Origin: Octopus sinensis
Taxonomy: Eukaryota
Reading direction: 5' to 3'
Length of the DNA: 64,000 bases
Assembly (NCBI RefSeq): GCF_006345805.1
Contig: NC_043004.1
Coordinates: forward strand, 102,548,001-102,612,000
The notes below the pieces were generated by a model, which was given only the letters and a program-made list of their open reading frames with translations, was not told the DNA's origin and did no database searches. Positions 27,153 through 40,967 of the stretch are shown here, in pieces. Numbering within the stretch: the stretch's first letter is position 1; every line of letters begins with the position of its first letter. Made by a program: the position numbers and the translations under genes.

Positions 27153-27279
27153 AACAGAGGAGACGTAATATTTTGGATGGTCAAACACCATGTTGTCCAG
27201 TCTGTGGTTTAACACTGCGAGCGGGAGAATTTGAAGCTCATCTATCACTTGAAATAGATAAAATTGAAAAGCTTAGCAG
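27153..27279 (+). CDS. RNF220: Internal coding exon of E3 ubiquitin-protein ligase RNF220-like gene (CxxC...H motif exon)
   Basis: Acceptor ttttaatttcacag| and donor AG|gtaagc; 127 nt, phase 1 in, phase 2 out. Translates (x)QRRRNILDGQTPCCPVCGLTLRAGEFEAHLSLEIDKIEKLS(R), which resembles human RNF220 APICPICQVLLRPSELQEHMEQELEQL (recalled, not searched). Confidence 0.88.
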
Positions 27280-29458
27280 GTAAGCATTAATTTAAGTACT
27301 GTGATATAATTAATTGATTATTGTTGTTATTGTGATTGTGGTGATTGAGCCATAGGTCAGCTCTGCATCAGTAGACATACAATCTTTCATATACAAGCAG
27401 TGATCATCTTTTTTTTTTTTCTCAGGCAGTGTGCATCTAGGACTACATCATTCTATGTATCCTCCCCCTTTTAAGACAGTAATCTGAAAAATTTGGTTTC
27501 TATTTCTAGTAGGTTGAGCAATGTAGAGGGTCTTTGTTGATTCATCAAATGAATGTGTATATATATGTACATGATCTGACCTCGTAAATGTTTGAATCCT
27601 CCTTCCTTACACTCCTGCATCTGAGATGATGTAGTCATTTGATCTTTAGTACCTGTATCCAGCAGACTATGCACTTCATTGAAGACTCCTATAGAACAGG
27701 GCGTTTTGCTTTTGCTTTTTATATATCATCTCTTTGACCACTGATATAATGACCTCTTGCTCTTCTGAACTTACCAGTTCAGTCCATTTTCACACACTCT
27801 TGACTATATGTTCCTTATCCACCAAAGCCTTGCATTATATACCAAAATTCTTAACCATATATTCATAAGCTGGTATCTTAAATGTGTCTCTACTCATTAC
27901 AAGCCAAGCTGCGAGCATTTCATCCACTCTTAGCCTTTCACTTGCCTATGGCTAAATATTATTGTATTGGCAAATTCTTTCTGAAACTTAGAATAATTGA
28001 TGGCATTGTTCAACTTTTGAATAAGTGTGAGGATTCATTGGCAGGGTGTGTTAATGTAAATTGGCAATATATGAATAGAAAATGAAATTTGGAAGTGATG
28101 TAATAGTAAATATCAATTGAAATTTGTTTTGTTCATTGATTCCCTTTTTTTTTTTATAAAAAAAATTCCTTGTTGGAAAAATAGTTTTGAGACATTCAAG
28201 TTGCTATGAGGTCTGCTCTCCCTTCCTCTCTCTTTTTTTCTCACTCTTTTATTTTGTTTGTTTTTTTTGTTGTTTTTCTTTTATATTTTTTTTTTCCAGT
28301 CAATTTCCTTGGTCACTCCTTTGATTGATTCCTTTCTACAGTCTGTTTTTATCTATTCTAATTGAGCTTGAATCACAAATGATTTGAAATTAGTTTAGCA
28401 ATTCCCACTCTTTAGTCTACCAATTACAGCTGGCAAAAATGGGCCTTTCTTTTCGGATGCCCTTCCTTTCCCCTCCCCCCCCATCGCCCAATAATTGTTT
28501 GTCATCTTTTGAGGCTTGATTCTATCAAACTGCAAATCATGCCTTACCACCCTTCACACTCCTCCATATTTTGTTTATCGAAGACCGTTTTGTTGTTGTT
28601 ATTGTTGTCTATTATATGTATTCCTGTTTGTACTACAATTTTCCCTATCCTTATATCTATTGGAAATTATTGTAGTTGTTGTTGTTGTTCTTCTTCTTCC
28701 TCTTCTAACACACCACCTCCACCACCATCATTTTGAATTTCCCATCCCTTCACTGTTTTATATCTAATAAGTAAGTACTCCCTTTCATATGAATGAATGG
28801 CCCTCAACTCTTACCGCTGCTGCTGCTGCTATTCAGGCTGCTTTCATTTCGTTGTCTTTAACTTCTATATAGAATTTTTCTTTCTACCATTTGTATATGC
28901 CATAAACATTAATATTTCTATTTATGATTTAGAAATTTTGCAGAAAGAAAGAAAAAAAAAAGAAAAAGAAAAAACATAATTTAATTTATTGGATCAGTGC
29001 TTCCGTATAACTACTTGACCTTCCACCTTTTTATTCTTACAGATGTATAGATGTGTGTGTGTGTGTGTGTGCATATGTACATACATAGCATGCAAGGCTT
29101 CAGTTAAGAGGCTAGTGAGTGGGCACATACCCACTTGATGTCTATATTTTGTTATTAACTCAAATATATATTGTGGATGAGATATTGTCTAGGAACTGAA
29201 ACAACTCTCATAATATGATTTCCCATTCAAAGTCAATATGTTGATATCTTTTGGTCTTCATTTTTCTATATCAATGTATATATTCTTTCTTATTTTCTAT
29301 GTAACCAGGCAATATCTAATCAAAGCTAATAACAGATCAGCAAGCATATGTTTTTTCCTCTTTTTTTTTTTTCGATATTATTATTATCATCATTATTATT
29401 ACTACTACTACTTTTAGATGTTTGATTTTTGTGGGGTTTTTTCCTCTTTCCTAAATTA

Positions 29459-29583
29459 TGTGTATATATATATATATATATATACACATACATACATATA
29501 TATATATACATACATATATATATATATATACATACGTATATATATACACATACATATATGTATATATATATATACATACATAC

Positions 29584-29620
<37 letters not shown>

Positions 29621-29661
29621 CATACATGCACACACATAATAGATATATATATATATATCTT

Positions 29662-29695
<34 letters not shown>

Positions 29696-29835
29696 CACAC
29701 ACACAAATACACATACATTCATTGATAGATAATTACACACACACACACACATACCGTGTGTGTGTGTGTGTGTGTGTATACATACATACATACTTATATA
29801 CGTATATACACACACAACATACATATATATATATA
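29459..29835. repeat. Compound (TA)n/(TACA)n/(CA)n/(TG)n microsatellite
   Basis: Direct inspection. Confidence 0.95.
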
Positions 29836-30710
29836 ATGTTCCCAGTTGTAGTCTTTTGATGATTTTATTTGAAGCAGCAATTCTATGCTTTGTTGGACAA
29901 GATAGCGTGTGTACTACATCGCTATAAACATTCCACTTTATCGATTTCTTTGTCTGATAAAATTAACTTAGAATTCACTTTGTTATTGCAAATAAAGAAC
30001 AGTTTTCATTTATTTTGCATTATAAGATGGCAGTAACACATTGCTGACAATATAAGACATAAACAAAAACGGTGTTGAGCTTGTGCTTAAATAGTCACTA
30101 GATTGTCTCAATTTTCAGTCAAAATACATTCATCTAAGGAATGTAAGACATTTGTTTTTGTGTGTGTGTGTGTGTGTGTGTATAAAATGATTTTACTTTT
30201 GTTTTATATATGTATGTATATAATGGCTTTACTTTTATTTCATTGATTATAACTTTTCTGGTTTTACTTTTCTTTTTTTTTTTTCTTTCTTTGAGCTTTT
30301 TCTTTTTCTTTCCTTTCTGTTCCTGATTTTCATTGTTATCTTCAAGAAGTGTAAATAAAAATTAAATGAAAACAAAATGGAAAAAGAAAAACAAAGAAGC
30401 AAAAACAAACATAGCTAAATCTGTTTTTATTGTAACATTTATTTGACCCTCATTTATTCTATTTAACCCTTAGGCTACTATTGAGAAAATCTATCAAGAT
30501 GATGGCATTTCACTCTGTCACACACATACTGCATCTATTATATCTCCAGTCTTAATGGCTTGCTTTCTGAATAGATTTACTTTCACACCAACTGGCTTTC
30601 TACACAAACAAATACTGTGTATTTAAATATCAATTGTAATTTGCCCCCACTGTTACTTGTTAATATTTCATATATTCCACCCAACCCTTGTCTCTAATTG
30701 CTCTAATTTT

Positions 30711-30745
<35 letters not shown>

Positions 30746-33700
30746 AAGTATTATCATAAACATTCTGCACTACAGCCCCAAGAGAGTAATGTCTAAAAAG
30801 AACAAGTATCTTGATATTTCTTTTATGTGGTTTTATTCAGAAAGAATGTAGCAGGTACATGATAGCCTTTTTAGTGAGGTGCATGTGTTGGGTAGAGGGC
30901 TGTGTTTTTAAAAAGCACAAATACTGCCAAGCATAAGAGATATAAGAATGAAAATCCAACCATTATTTTTCTATAAGCATTAGGTCATTGTTTAGCTATG
31001 TCTTCTCTTTATCCCATTTATAGTTATTACAATTGTCTCTGTCCCTTCCAGTGAGTGTACTAATTTAATTCTAATGAGCCTTTATCCTCAATTCTTTTGC
31101 TCCACTCTAATCCTTCTGCTCCAGAATTGCATCCCTCTGAGATGATTTCGCTGTATTTACTACTTTACAACAATTCTAATTCAGCTGTATTAATATCACT
31201 TTATCCCACTGACCCATCATATGAAGTCTTGACGTTCATGGTGCAGTCTAATTTATAACTTCAAAGTGATATCCTATCAAAATGGCTTTGGCAAAGCATT
31301 TTGATCTGGGTTAGGATGTAATTAGCAATACACCTTTCCTTGAGACCTCAGCTCCATGATGGACTTGTACGGCTGTCATCATGACATGCAGTAATGCCTT
31401 GCATACTTTTAGACCTGGCAGCGTACCTCCCTATCCAGTTCCAACCACTCATCAGGTCTGATGAATTTCTTTCTAAAAAAATAGAAAGATAGTAAAGAGG
31501 AAAGAATAAGAGGAGAAAATTCAATTTCAGTACAGGACTTATACCTTGTATGAAAAGATGTAAAGTGAATTTGACTTCAGTAGGATTTGAACCCAGAATT
31601 CAGAGAGCCAGAATGATTGCTGCATAGTAATCTATCCGACATTGTAACAACTCTGTCAGTTGGCTATGTTGTCTAGCAATGTAAGCATCTAGAGTTCACT
31701 ACATCATAAATCTATTTCAGATATGCTCTTGTGGATTATAATGAATTATAATGAATTATTAACTACACCAAGACCACAACTACAATAGAATTACAAATAT
31801 TTATGACGAGTGTTTGTGGTCAAAGCGGTGCACTTGTCCAGGTTCAAACTTATTCTATTTGCGATGATCATGAAGGAAGAGGAAAAAGACACTAACTACA
31901 CCAATAATATTGGCATATGAATGAAATGTTGTTATCATTTAACCCCAAGTCAGCACTGATTGAGCAGATGCTCAAAAGTATTTAAGAAGAATTATCACTA
32001 TTTTTATATATATCTTGGACTACATTTAAACGACAATAGAGAGTATTAACATGGGAAATGACTTTTGCAAAAGTTAAGGCAACATCACTGTTCTAAAAAA
32101 AAAAAATATTAATTGAAAATACAAAAATCACTACAATCTCCCTCAAAATTGCACCATACCATTTTTGCTTAGTGTAGACCTTGATATACAAAAAGACAGA
32201 AAAGTCATGGTTGAAGCATTTTAAAATTATATCATATTCAGTGAGTGCTGGCCTGTGTTTTTTTATTACATTGTGACTTTGCAGATTGTTATACAGTGTT
32301 TCGACATTATGGGTTATTGCCGTGTGTCATGACTTAACAGATTGTAACATTACAGAGTGTACTGTGACATCACATCATATTACATCATCATTAGCATCAT
32401 TTTAATGTCCAATTTTCCATACTTGCATGGGTTGAACAGAGTTTGTTGTCACAGATTTTTTGACAGCCAGATGTCCTTCCTGTCACCAATCCTCACCTGT
32501 ATCCAAGCAAGATAATATTTCTCCATGGTCGGTCATGTTCCTGCAGAATATTGGAAATTAATGACACAGCTTGTATGACAGTGACACATTGCATGGTGTT
32601 AAGGCATGGAGATACAAACATATACACACTTACACATACACACATAATAGCTTCTTTCATTTCCCACCTACCCAATCAATTCACTAGGCTATACTAGAAG
32701 ACACTAACCCAAGGTGCAACACAATGGGATTGAACCTGACACCGTGTGGTTTGGAAGCAATTTCCATAACCACATGCATGTACCTATTGCAATGTGTATA
32801 TCCCAATAGTCTATTACAATATGTATTGTCATGTCTTACACATATTGTTACCTTGTAGTGAAGAAGATAGCTCATTTTTGGATGTCTAAGCTTACAGTTT
32901 GCACCAGTTTGTTATGTAAACTAGGTTTTGGCAGGATTTGTGGTGCGGAGTTATACTTAATAGCTGGCAGTTATGTCATGTCTTTTATTTCTGATTTTTT
33001 TATAGTTCACACTTGTTTGAAATTTTTATTATTAATCACATTTGTTATAAACCACATTAACTACTAGTACAACAAATTCTCTATATTTTCACAAATTGTG
33101 AGTTATGAGTTTTATGTGTTAGTGTGTGTGTATGTGTGTGTGTATGTGTGTGTGTGTGTGTACACATATACATTTATGTAGATACAATTATATACACACT
33201 GTATGTCAATTCAGACGAGGGCGTGTACTTCTATACAATTTCATCGACTTGATCAAGTTACATCTCATTAAATAACTTGAAATATGAGTACTAAACATAA
33301 ACCTGTGACTGTTATATCCTTTCCTGTGTCAGCTTTCTAATTCTTTACTGAAGTGTATAATGGAAATAATTATGGTAGTGTATAATACGATTTATCACAT
33401 GGATATAAAGCTATAAATGGCAATGTGTGGAGTGTGGAGTAGGTGATTGCTTTGACCTCACTATATGACTGGTAGTAATTTTATTAAGCATGACAGGACA
33501 TGAACTGTAAGAGGGTTATGTGGTCACTTGACTTGCTAGAAGTAGCTGCTATATCTCACTTGAACCACACTACCATCTTAAAAGATAAAAGGTACTTTGC
33601 ATAATGTCTAAGATATACTGTCTGATGAAATGGATTTGATGTGACAGTCATTGTTGGAAGGCCTTCGGTTAGCCTCAGGTCAGCACTGGAGTCTGGGGCC

Positions 33701-36419
33701 AATCAACAATAATTAGATACTTCAAGACATTTAGTTTGGTACCTCATCCTTTTTGTAACTCCATACTTCTCTTGTAATGTGAAGAAAAGTCATTTCTTTC
33801 ATGAGTTCAAGGCCATAAAATTGTTTATAAGGGCTATTGCTTGATTGTATCTATATTATTGTAGACATTTAAACCTTTTGTTAACATTTTCTACCTTTCT
33901 TTCAACTAATTTTGAAAATAATGGAGAATTTATTAAAATAACTTTTTAATAACATTTTTAAGTTGTTGTTTAATACCATCTTCTACAAGAAGCAATTTTT
34001 CATCATCCAGTAATTTCTATTTAGTCAAGAACTCAACACTAGCATACAGGTTATAAATATCCATCACATAGAGTCCATCTGTTTTCATCAGTTATAATCA
34101 TCAGCTTTATTATTTGATAAATATTTTAATGGGAGATATTTCATTGCTACACTTTACTATTGATGCTGTTTGAAAGTTTAAGTTTACTGTTAGTGTTTAA
34201 AGGGTGCACTTGCTGTGTACCCTTTAAACGGTCTAGTTTTTATCTCAAATTCTAGTAGGTTTATTAACATGATATCATCTCTTTACCAAGGGGTGCTTTT
34301 TATACATACCAAAGGCGTGGGTTTGTATGAATTAAGGGCAAATTAGTGACATCAGTTCTATTTAACATTTCTCTGACCCTAATGAGGATAAAATAGTTAT
34401 GGAGCAATCAAGTGAAAATCTTGTTATTGCTCACACAAAGATGTGTTGTGATTCTTTCTCTATTTAATACCAAGGCTACTTATCTCAACCTATTGGGTCA
34501 AGTCCATTACAAATGATGTAGCTTATGTATGTTTTATAGTTTTAACTAATCATTTGTCAACTTAAAGAACTTTTTAATAAGAATTATTCTGTTGATTTGA
34601 ATAGATTTTAATCTTAATTGCAAAAAGTACCAGTGTAAAACATGATTATTTAAAGAATTTTCTCTGAGTATGCTAACTGAAATGTCTTTGTAAAAGCCAT
34701 TACAAAGCCAGCTTTGCACTTGCAAAGATCTACTTAAAATGATGCCATGTAAATAAGCTGGTTGTAATCCCTCTTAGCAAGAACTCTTTATTTGATGGAA
34801 GTTCAGCTAACAAGAAGGCAGCATGTATTTAGTAGCAATGAGCATCAATTCAGTAAGCTTCCTCTCCTTTCAACTTGTCAAAGTTTATAAAATCTTTAGC
34901 TAAAATTAGGTTTCATAACTGAGATAAATTGATCAAATCTCTCCAAGGCAGCAGTGAAAATCCCTTTTAACATTGACCTGTCATTGATTGGCAGTAAATT
35001 GTTGCACCAAGTTTTGCGGATTTTTTCATAAATTTCTCTTGAATGAAAATTTGACATTGCTAATATAAAGTCGCTCTCTTTGTTTCTTATTCCCTTCATC
35101 CTTCTCTTCTTTTTCCTCATTCATGTCTCACTTAATCTGGTAACCAAGTGGATTTCCCAGCAAGTTCAAGGTATAACTCAATTAACAGTACTCAAATGGT
35201 TGTTTGTCACTGGTTATGCTTTTCATTTGCACATAGCTTTCTCTGCCATCCCGTTAACAGTGTGGCAATATAGAAGCCTAGACAAACTGCTAATACTCAC
35301 TTAGCATGAGTGTGATGACCAACTGTATGGTTCTGATGGAAATTAGCAAGATTTATTGCCATTTGGCAGACTTATTGCCATGAACATTACTAAAATTAAG
35401 ATTCCACTTCTCACCTTAATCCAATCAAACCAATAATTTCTAAACAGTCTGCAAATAAGAAAAGCCAGTTGTGTGAGGTAATGTGGTGGGGAGAATATTA
35501 TTTCTTTTTTTTTTATTCCTTCTGGGGTTTTTTTTTCTATTTTTTTTTTTAAGGCACTAGTTAGTTTGACACTTTTTCATTAGATTTTGTCTTTTATATC
35601 TTTTATCAGTTTATGTGTCCGTTGGCTTGTTTGTATGTGTATACTTGTGATTGTGTGCGTCTGCATTTGATAGTGTGTGTGTGCATGTAAGAGAGGTGAA
35701 GAGGAAGAAAGAGAGATTGTGCGTGTATGTATGTGTGTGTGTGCATGCATGCGTGCGTGTGTCTGACCATAATAGAACATCGTAGATTGGAGTGTAATGT
35801 ATTCACTGTGTGTTCTGGCCCTCCCTGTTCCTGGAATGTTCTATCTTAAGGGGCTTACATTAGTCACTTGGCTCTTGACAGCAACCTGAACATTTGTAGC
35901 ATTGTCGAAACCATTGGTCAGTAAGTCAATCATGAGGCACACATGGAAATCCTACCGTAGGAGACAAATTCTACCAGAGGCTTGGGTCAGAATAAGACAC
36001 TGACAAATAGGACTCTGATCTCTTTTGTCAATGATTCATTTTGTATCACTGTCCTCTCAAAGACAAATAGGATTTCTCTCTTTTGCATTGTTGTCCTTTG
36101 TCTCGGCTTCAGTACTTGGTATCATTTGATAAATAGTAAAAAGTCTATAATTCATTTAACCACCTACCCACTTAGGCTGTTCTTATTGACTTTCTTCTTT
36201 GGTCTAATAGTTTGTTCATAGATTAAAACCACAAATAAATTTTCTACCTCTCTTGATTTAATAAACTTACCCAAGATTTATTTCATAATTATATCCTTAT
36301 CTTCATATTTGTTACATTTTCCATTGATGTTTATTACTATTAATGTGTTGTTGTTGTTATCATTATCATTATTATGACAAATTAGCAGACTTGTTAATGT
36401 CTGACAAAATGCTTTATGA

Positions 36420-37125
36420 TATTTAGTTATGGGTATTTGCATTCTGAGTTCAAATCCTACTGTGTTCAGCTTTGTCTTTCAGTTTTCTGAGGTCAATAAA
36501 ATAAAGTACCAGTCAAGCATTAGAGTTGATACAATCAATTGTTTCCCTACCCCAAAATTTCTGGGTTTGTGTCTGTTAGAAACAATTATTATTGTTATAG
36601 TTAGTGTCTTAGGGTGGGTTGGCAGAATCATTACGTCAGGAAAACTGCCTTGTGATATTTGTTCTGGCTCTTTACATTGTGAGTTCAAATCCTGCCAAGG
36701 TGAGCTTTACTGTTCATCTTTCTAGGGGTTGATAAAGTTAAGTACTAGTCTAGTATTGGGGTTGATGTAATCAACTACCACCCCTTCTGTCAAAGAGTCC
36801 GGCCTTGAGCTTAAATTAAAAACACTGAACTCGACTTTGCCTTTCATCCTTTCAGGGTCGATAAAATAAGAGTCAGTTGAATACCGGGGTTGATATAACT
36901 GACTATGCTTAATAGCATTTTGTCTGTTTTTATATTCCAAGTTCAGATTCCACTGAGGTTGACTTTGCCTTTCATCTTTTCAGGGTTTATGAAATAAGTA
37001 CCAATCAAGTACTGTGGTTCAGATATTCGACTAGATCCTCCACACACACATTAATGCTTGATATAATAATTTTCCTAACTCCACATTTGTGGGTTTGTAC
37101 CTATGTTAGAAATAATTATTGTTAT
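36420..37125 (+). mobile_element. Cluster of four same-orientation decayed family-D SINE copies
   Basis: Four gttcaaat.c...gactttgcctttcatc.tttc.gggt.gataaa.taagtacc-like cores at ~36440, ~36680, ~36820 and ~36940. Other old copies at ~9085-9280, ~12560-12670, ~23030-23200, ~31505-31660 and ~49340-49530. Confidence 0.7.
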
Positions 37126-37149
37126 TATTAATATTTACACTACAAGCAT

Positions 37150-37500
37150 CCCCTCCAACCAAACATGCTTTAGTTTTACTCAGACGAGAAAAATTTTCAC
37201 CACGGTCAGATGGTGAACACACAGAACAACTGTTGGCTTGCTGCGTTCCCAAAACATGTACCAAGAGTGATAAAAATCAAACATCCAGTCAACATCGTGG
37301 TGTTTGGAGTGATCACTAGTGATAGCGATGTTATGCCTCCAGTCATCTTCCCATGTGGCCTAAGAGTCAACATAGAGGCTTACGTCAAGTGCTTGGAGGA
37401 GGTAGTGCTGCCCTGGGTCAAGAGGGTGGCTGCTGGAAGATAGAATTCTGCACTATGCCACACAAGCAGGAGAACCCAGTAACGACTGTCAGGCACTACA
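37150..37500 (+). mobile_element. Tc1/mariner-superfamily transposase fragment (pseudogenised)
   Basis: Frame from 37174: FYSDEKNF (first catalytic D motif)...KHPVNIVVFGVITSDSDVMPPVIFPCGLRVNIEAYVKCLEEVVLPWVKRVAAGR*NSALCHTSRRTQ* (QDxAPxH-like second motif, broken by stops). Confidence 0.85.
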
Positions 37501-37774
37501 GCATGGCATTTCCAAATTTCTGGCTGAGTAAATTGCATCATGGTGCTGTTTTCCTCACAGACGGTTCCCTTCTCACCCTACTGTACTGTGTAGTCAACAA
37601 AATCAAAACCAAACAAGGCATGAAGTTCAAAGTATAAAATGACGACAATTTACCCATCGCACCCTGTGTATGAACATATATCTATAAAAACTGATCTTCT
37701 TTTTTCCTGAGTACCATCTTGTATTATTTTATTAGTAGAGAAATAAATGTTCATTCCATTCATTAAATTAACCT

Positions 37775-38425
37775 TCCATATGTTTAGCCTTTTAGCACTC
37801 ATATAACTCTGTCAAATATAATGCTTATTTATTCACATTGTTTTTATTTAATCTTGGCTTATCTTCATCATCATCATCGTTTAACGTCCGTTTTCCGCCC
37901 TAGCACGGGTTGGACGGTTCAACCGGGGTCTGGGAAGCCAGGGGCTGCACCAGGCTCCAGTCTGATCTGGCAGTGTTTCTACAGCTGGATGCCCTTCCTA
38001 ACGCCAACCACTCAGCGAGTGTAGTGGGTGCTTTTTACGTGCCACCTGCACAGGTGCCAGGGGGGGTCTGGCATCGGCCACGATCGGTTGGTGCTTTTAA
38101 CGTGCCACCGGCACAGAAGCCAGTCGAGGCGGTGCTGGCATCGGCCACGTTCGGATGGTGCTTTTTATGTGCCACCAGCACAGAAGCCAGTCGAGGCGGC
38201 GCTGGCAACGGCCACGTTCGGATGGTGCTTTTTATGTCCCACCGGCACAGGTATCACAACTACTATTTCCATTGATATTTGTAGTTTGAAAATTTCAATG
38301 ATGTGATTGTTTATTTTTAGAATGACAATGTAGGGTAGTGTGAGAGGTTAAATCTGGCCAATTTGAACAGAAAACAGATAGAATATTCGGATCAGATATG
38401 GCTGGTTTAAATGCTAAAGTGTTAA
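37775..38425. mobile_element. MITE family 2 copy split by a VNTR retroposon insertion
   Basis: One MITE half at ~37775-37865 and the other at ~38270-38425 (ending aatgctaaagtgTTAA) flank the element at 37866-38266. Confidence 0.6.
37866..38266 (-). mobile_element. VNTR retroposon, subfamily B2
   Basis: (CAT)n tail, body, unit markers at 38028, 38091, 38158 and 38225 (63, 67, 67 bp); ends cacaggtatcacaactactat, as does 43588-43920. Confidence 0.88.
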
Positions 38426-40967
38426 CCTAAATTATCTAGTTTGTGAATTATTTTGTATTCCTTGAATTGATAACTACTTTTGAATAATTGTTAGACATTT
38501 CAGTGAAACATTCGCAATTAAACAAATAACCTTTTTATCTACATAATCTGGGAATAAGGGTAACCGGGTGATCTTAAGGGGCCTGTTGTTTATTTTGCAT
38601 TTTGTGGCTTAGTAATTGGTCAGCCAATTGGTAATGAATATAATGTATCACTAATAAGGTTCTTATTAAGGTCTTTTATAATACACTGTACCTTTATCAC
38701 TCAAATAAGAAACCTTTCTGAATGGAAGTTAACTTTAAGCATTTATTAGTCTTGTTTTTTTATGATGTTTGATAACAGTGAAAGTAATACTAACTACAAA
38801 TACTTGAAACAAGAAAAGTGTATATGTGTGTGTGTGTCCGTGTGTCCTATTGGAGCTAGACATTCCCTTAAAGTGCTGCTTATTGATTCAGTCCAGTCAG
38901 TATTGTAATTCATATGACTGCTAATAACAGTTACAGGTAAATAATAACCAGTTGGGGGTGTAGGTTTCAGTTTACTTGTCAGGAATTATTTTATTACAGC
39001 CTGCAGCTGAGAACAAAGACAAAAATCTATATATTTACACCATAACAACAGTGTCACTGTGAGTTCTTGATGTCATTTATCTATTTGTCACATCCTGGCC
39101 TTGTCATATGTCTCAGTTTCCATTAGTATTTATGTCCAGTTCTTGCACTATAGACTTTTTATTGCTGCTTTTGCTATTTTTACACACTATTTATCATTTG
39201 CTTCACTCGATGGTGGTGTCTTTTGTTATTATTTGATGAGAGAGGCTTCTTGTAACGGGGTACGGTTTAAATGTAGAATAGATTGTCAAGGAGAAAAGAA
39301 AACTAGTCACTGCACATATGTACTACATTTCACACTCTGCTCCCTTTGCTTTGTTGTGGCTCACAAATACTTATGTTTGGAGGAATAATAGCAAAAAGTA
39401 ATAACCATCGATAAACATTCAATGGAGGTAGGCTAGGTAACTTTTCAGCCCAGTCTGTTGTAGTAACTGTAACCTCATTCATCATTCTCTGGTTCGTCAT
39501 GAGTTTTTAATTCACTCTTTTCCAGCGTGCACCACGGGTGGGCAGCTCCATGTTACTTTCTCAATATAATTCCTTCAGCAATATTACAAGATGTTTCCTG
39601 TCCTTTCTATATCATGACAACTTAGACCTCTCCCCCGCCCTCTTCAGCTGACAGTGAGGTTAGAAAATCTTTCCAGTCTCCAAATACAGTTATGTCAACA
39701 GTCTATTTCCAATAGGCTCTTTTAATAAGTTCTTAGTTTTATGGGTTTCTGATTTATTGTTTGAGAATTTAGCTCAGACACCTATGTTCACTTCACTGGC
39801 TGTGTTTTATAGTACATTGAGAGAATAAGATACTCAAAATTTCTTTAAGCTTTTTTTCTTTTCTTTTTTTTTTCTTTTGTTTAAACTTGTTCAGTTTGAC
39901 AATAAGATGTATGAATAACTTGGAGTAAACTTTAATTGGTGTGCAGCTTAAAAAAAATAAAAGAATTGAAATTGTATTGGCTTTTTTTTTTTTTTTTTGT
40001 CTTATGAAATCTTGATATGCTGAGTTTTGTGAATTGTGTGAGAAATTCTTGATTTAAACCCATGCATTTACAGTAGTTGATTGAATTTTATTATGATCAT
40101 GAAAGTCTCTGGAATTTTGCTTACCCCACCCCATAAATTTCTTGCAAACATTGACCCACAAGTGTCAAAGTGAGCTTCAACTGCACCAGCCTCACTGAAA
40201 TGACTCTCTTGTTAAAGAGATGGCAATTGATTACCAATGTACTGTTTTTTCAAACACTATAGCAAAATTAGTGCAAACACTGTGGTATTGATCCCACATC
40301 TGTCTCAGATGTGGCAACCTCTTTAACCATATCCAGAAATGGATCACCTACTTGATTGGTATAAAGTCATAGGCATGCTCCAGATTCTAACCTGCAGTTG
40401 CAATGCTCTCTCTCTCTCTCTCTCTCTCATACACCATTCTTTAGAGCTGGCTGGACTCATACAACCTTCACACAGGCATGCCCATCCTCCTTGTCTCTCT
40501 CTCCTTCATTCATCCCTTTTGTTTCCTTTGCCTAGATCTTGTGTTAATATTTACATCTGGTCCTTCTCAGAATTTTGGCCCTTAGGCACTGTAACGATTT
40601 AAATTGTGTTTTTTACTTGTTTAAGTCATTTGACTGAGGTCATGCAGGGGCTGACTGGCTTCTTTCAGTTTCCATCTACCAAATTCACTCACAAGGCTTT
40701 GGTCAGCCCGAGGCATAGTTGAAGACACTTGCTCAAGGTACCATGCAGTGGGACTGAACCCCAAACCATGTGGTTGGTAAGCAAGCTACTTACCACACAA
40801 CTACTCTGTACTATTATGCTCACCACATTTGAGACCATTACCAAAAAATTCAATTCCTTATAGCTTTAACTGTTGTCATTTTATCTTCTTTAGAGGAACA
40901 GTTGACAAACAATCAATCAAAATTCTTGAGTCAACTGCATCCATGAATACGTTTTTCAAAATAAAAC

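Noticed and set aside
29326-29859. Several overlapping YIYI/VCVC-rich ORFs (also ~26000-26300, ~44300-44900 and ~62366-62815)
   Set aside because: Dinucleotide microsatellite translations.
38020-38250. CRISPR-like array of palindromic repeats (also 740-960 and 56936-57130)
   Set aside because: The would-be spacers are near-identical to each other, the arrays sit inside (GAT)n-tailed retroposons in eukaryotic DNA, and there are no cas genes.
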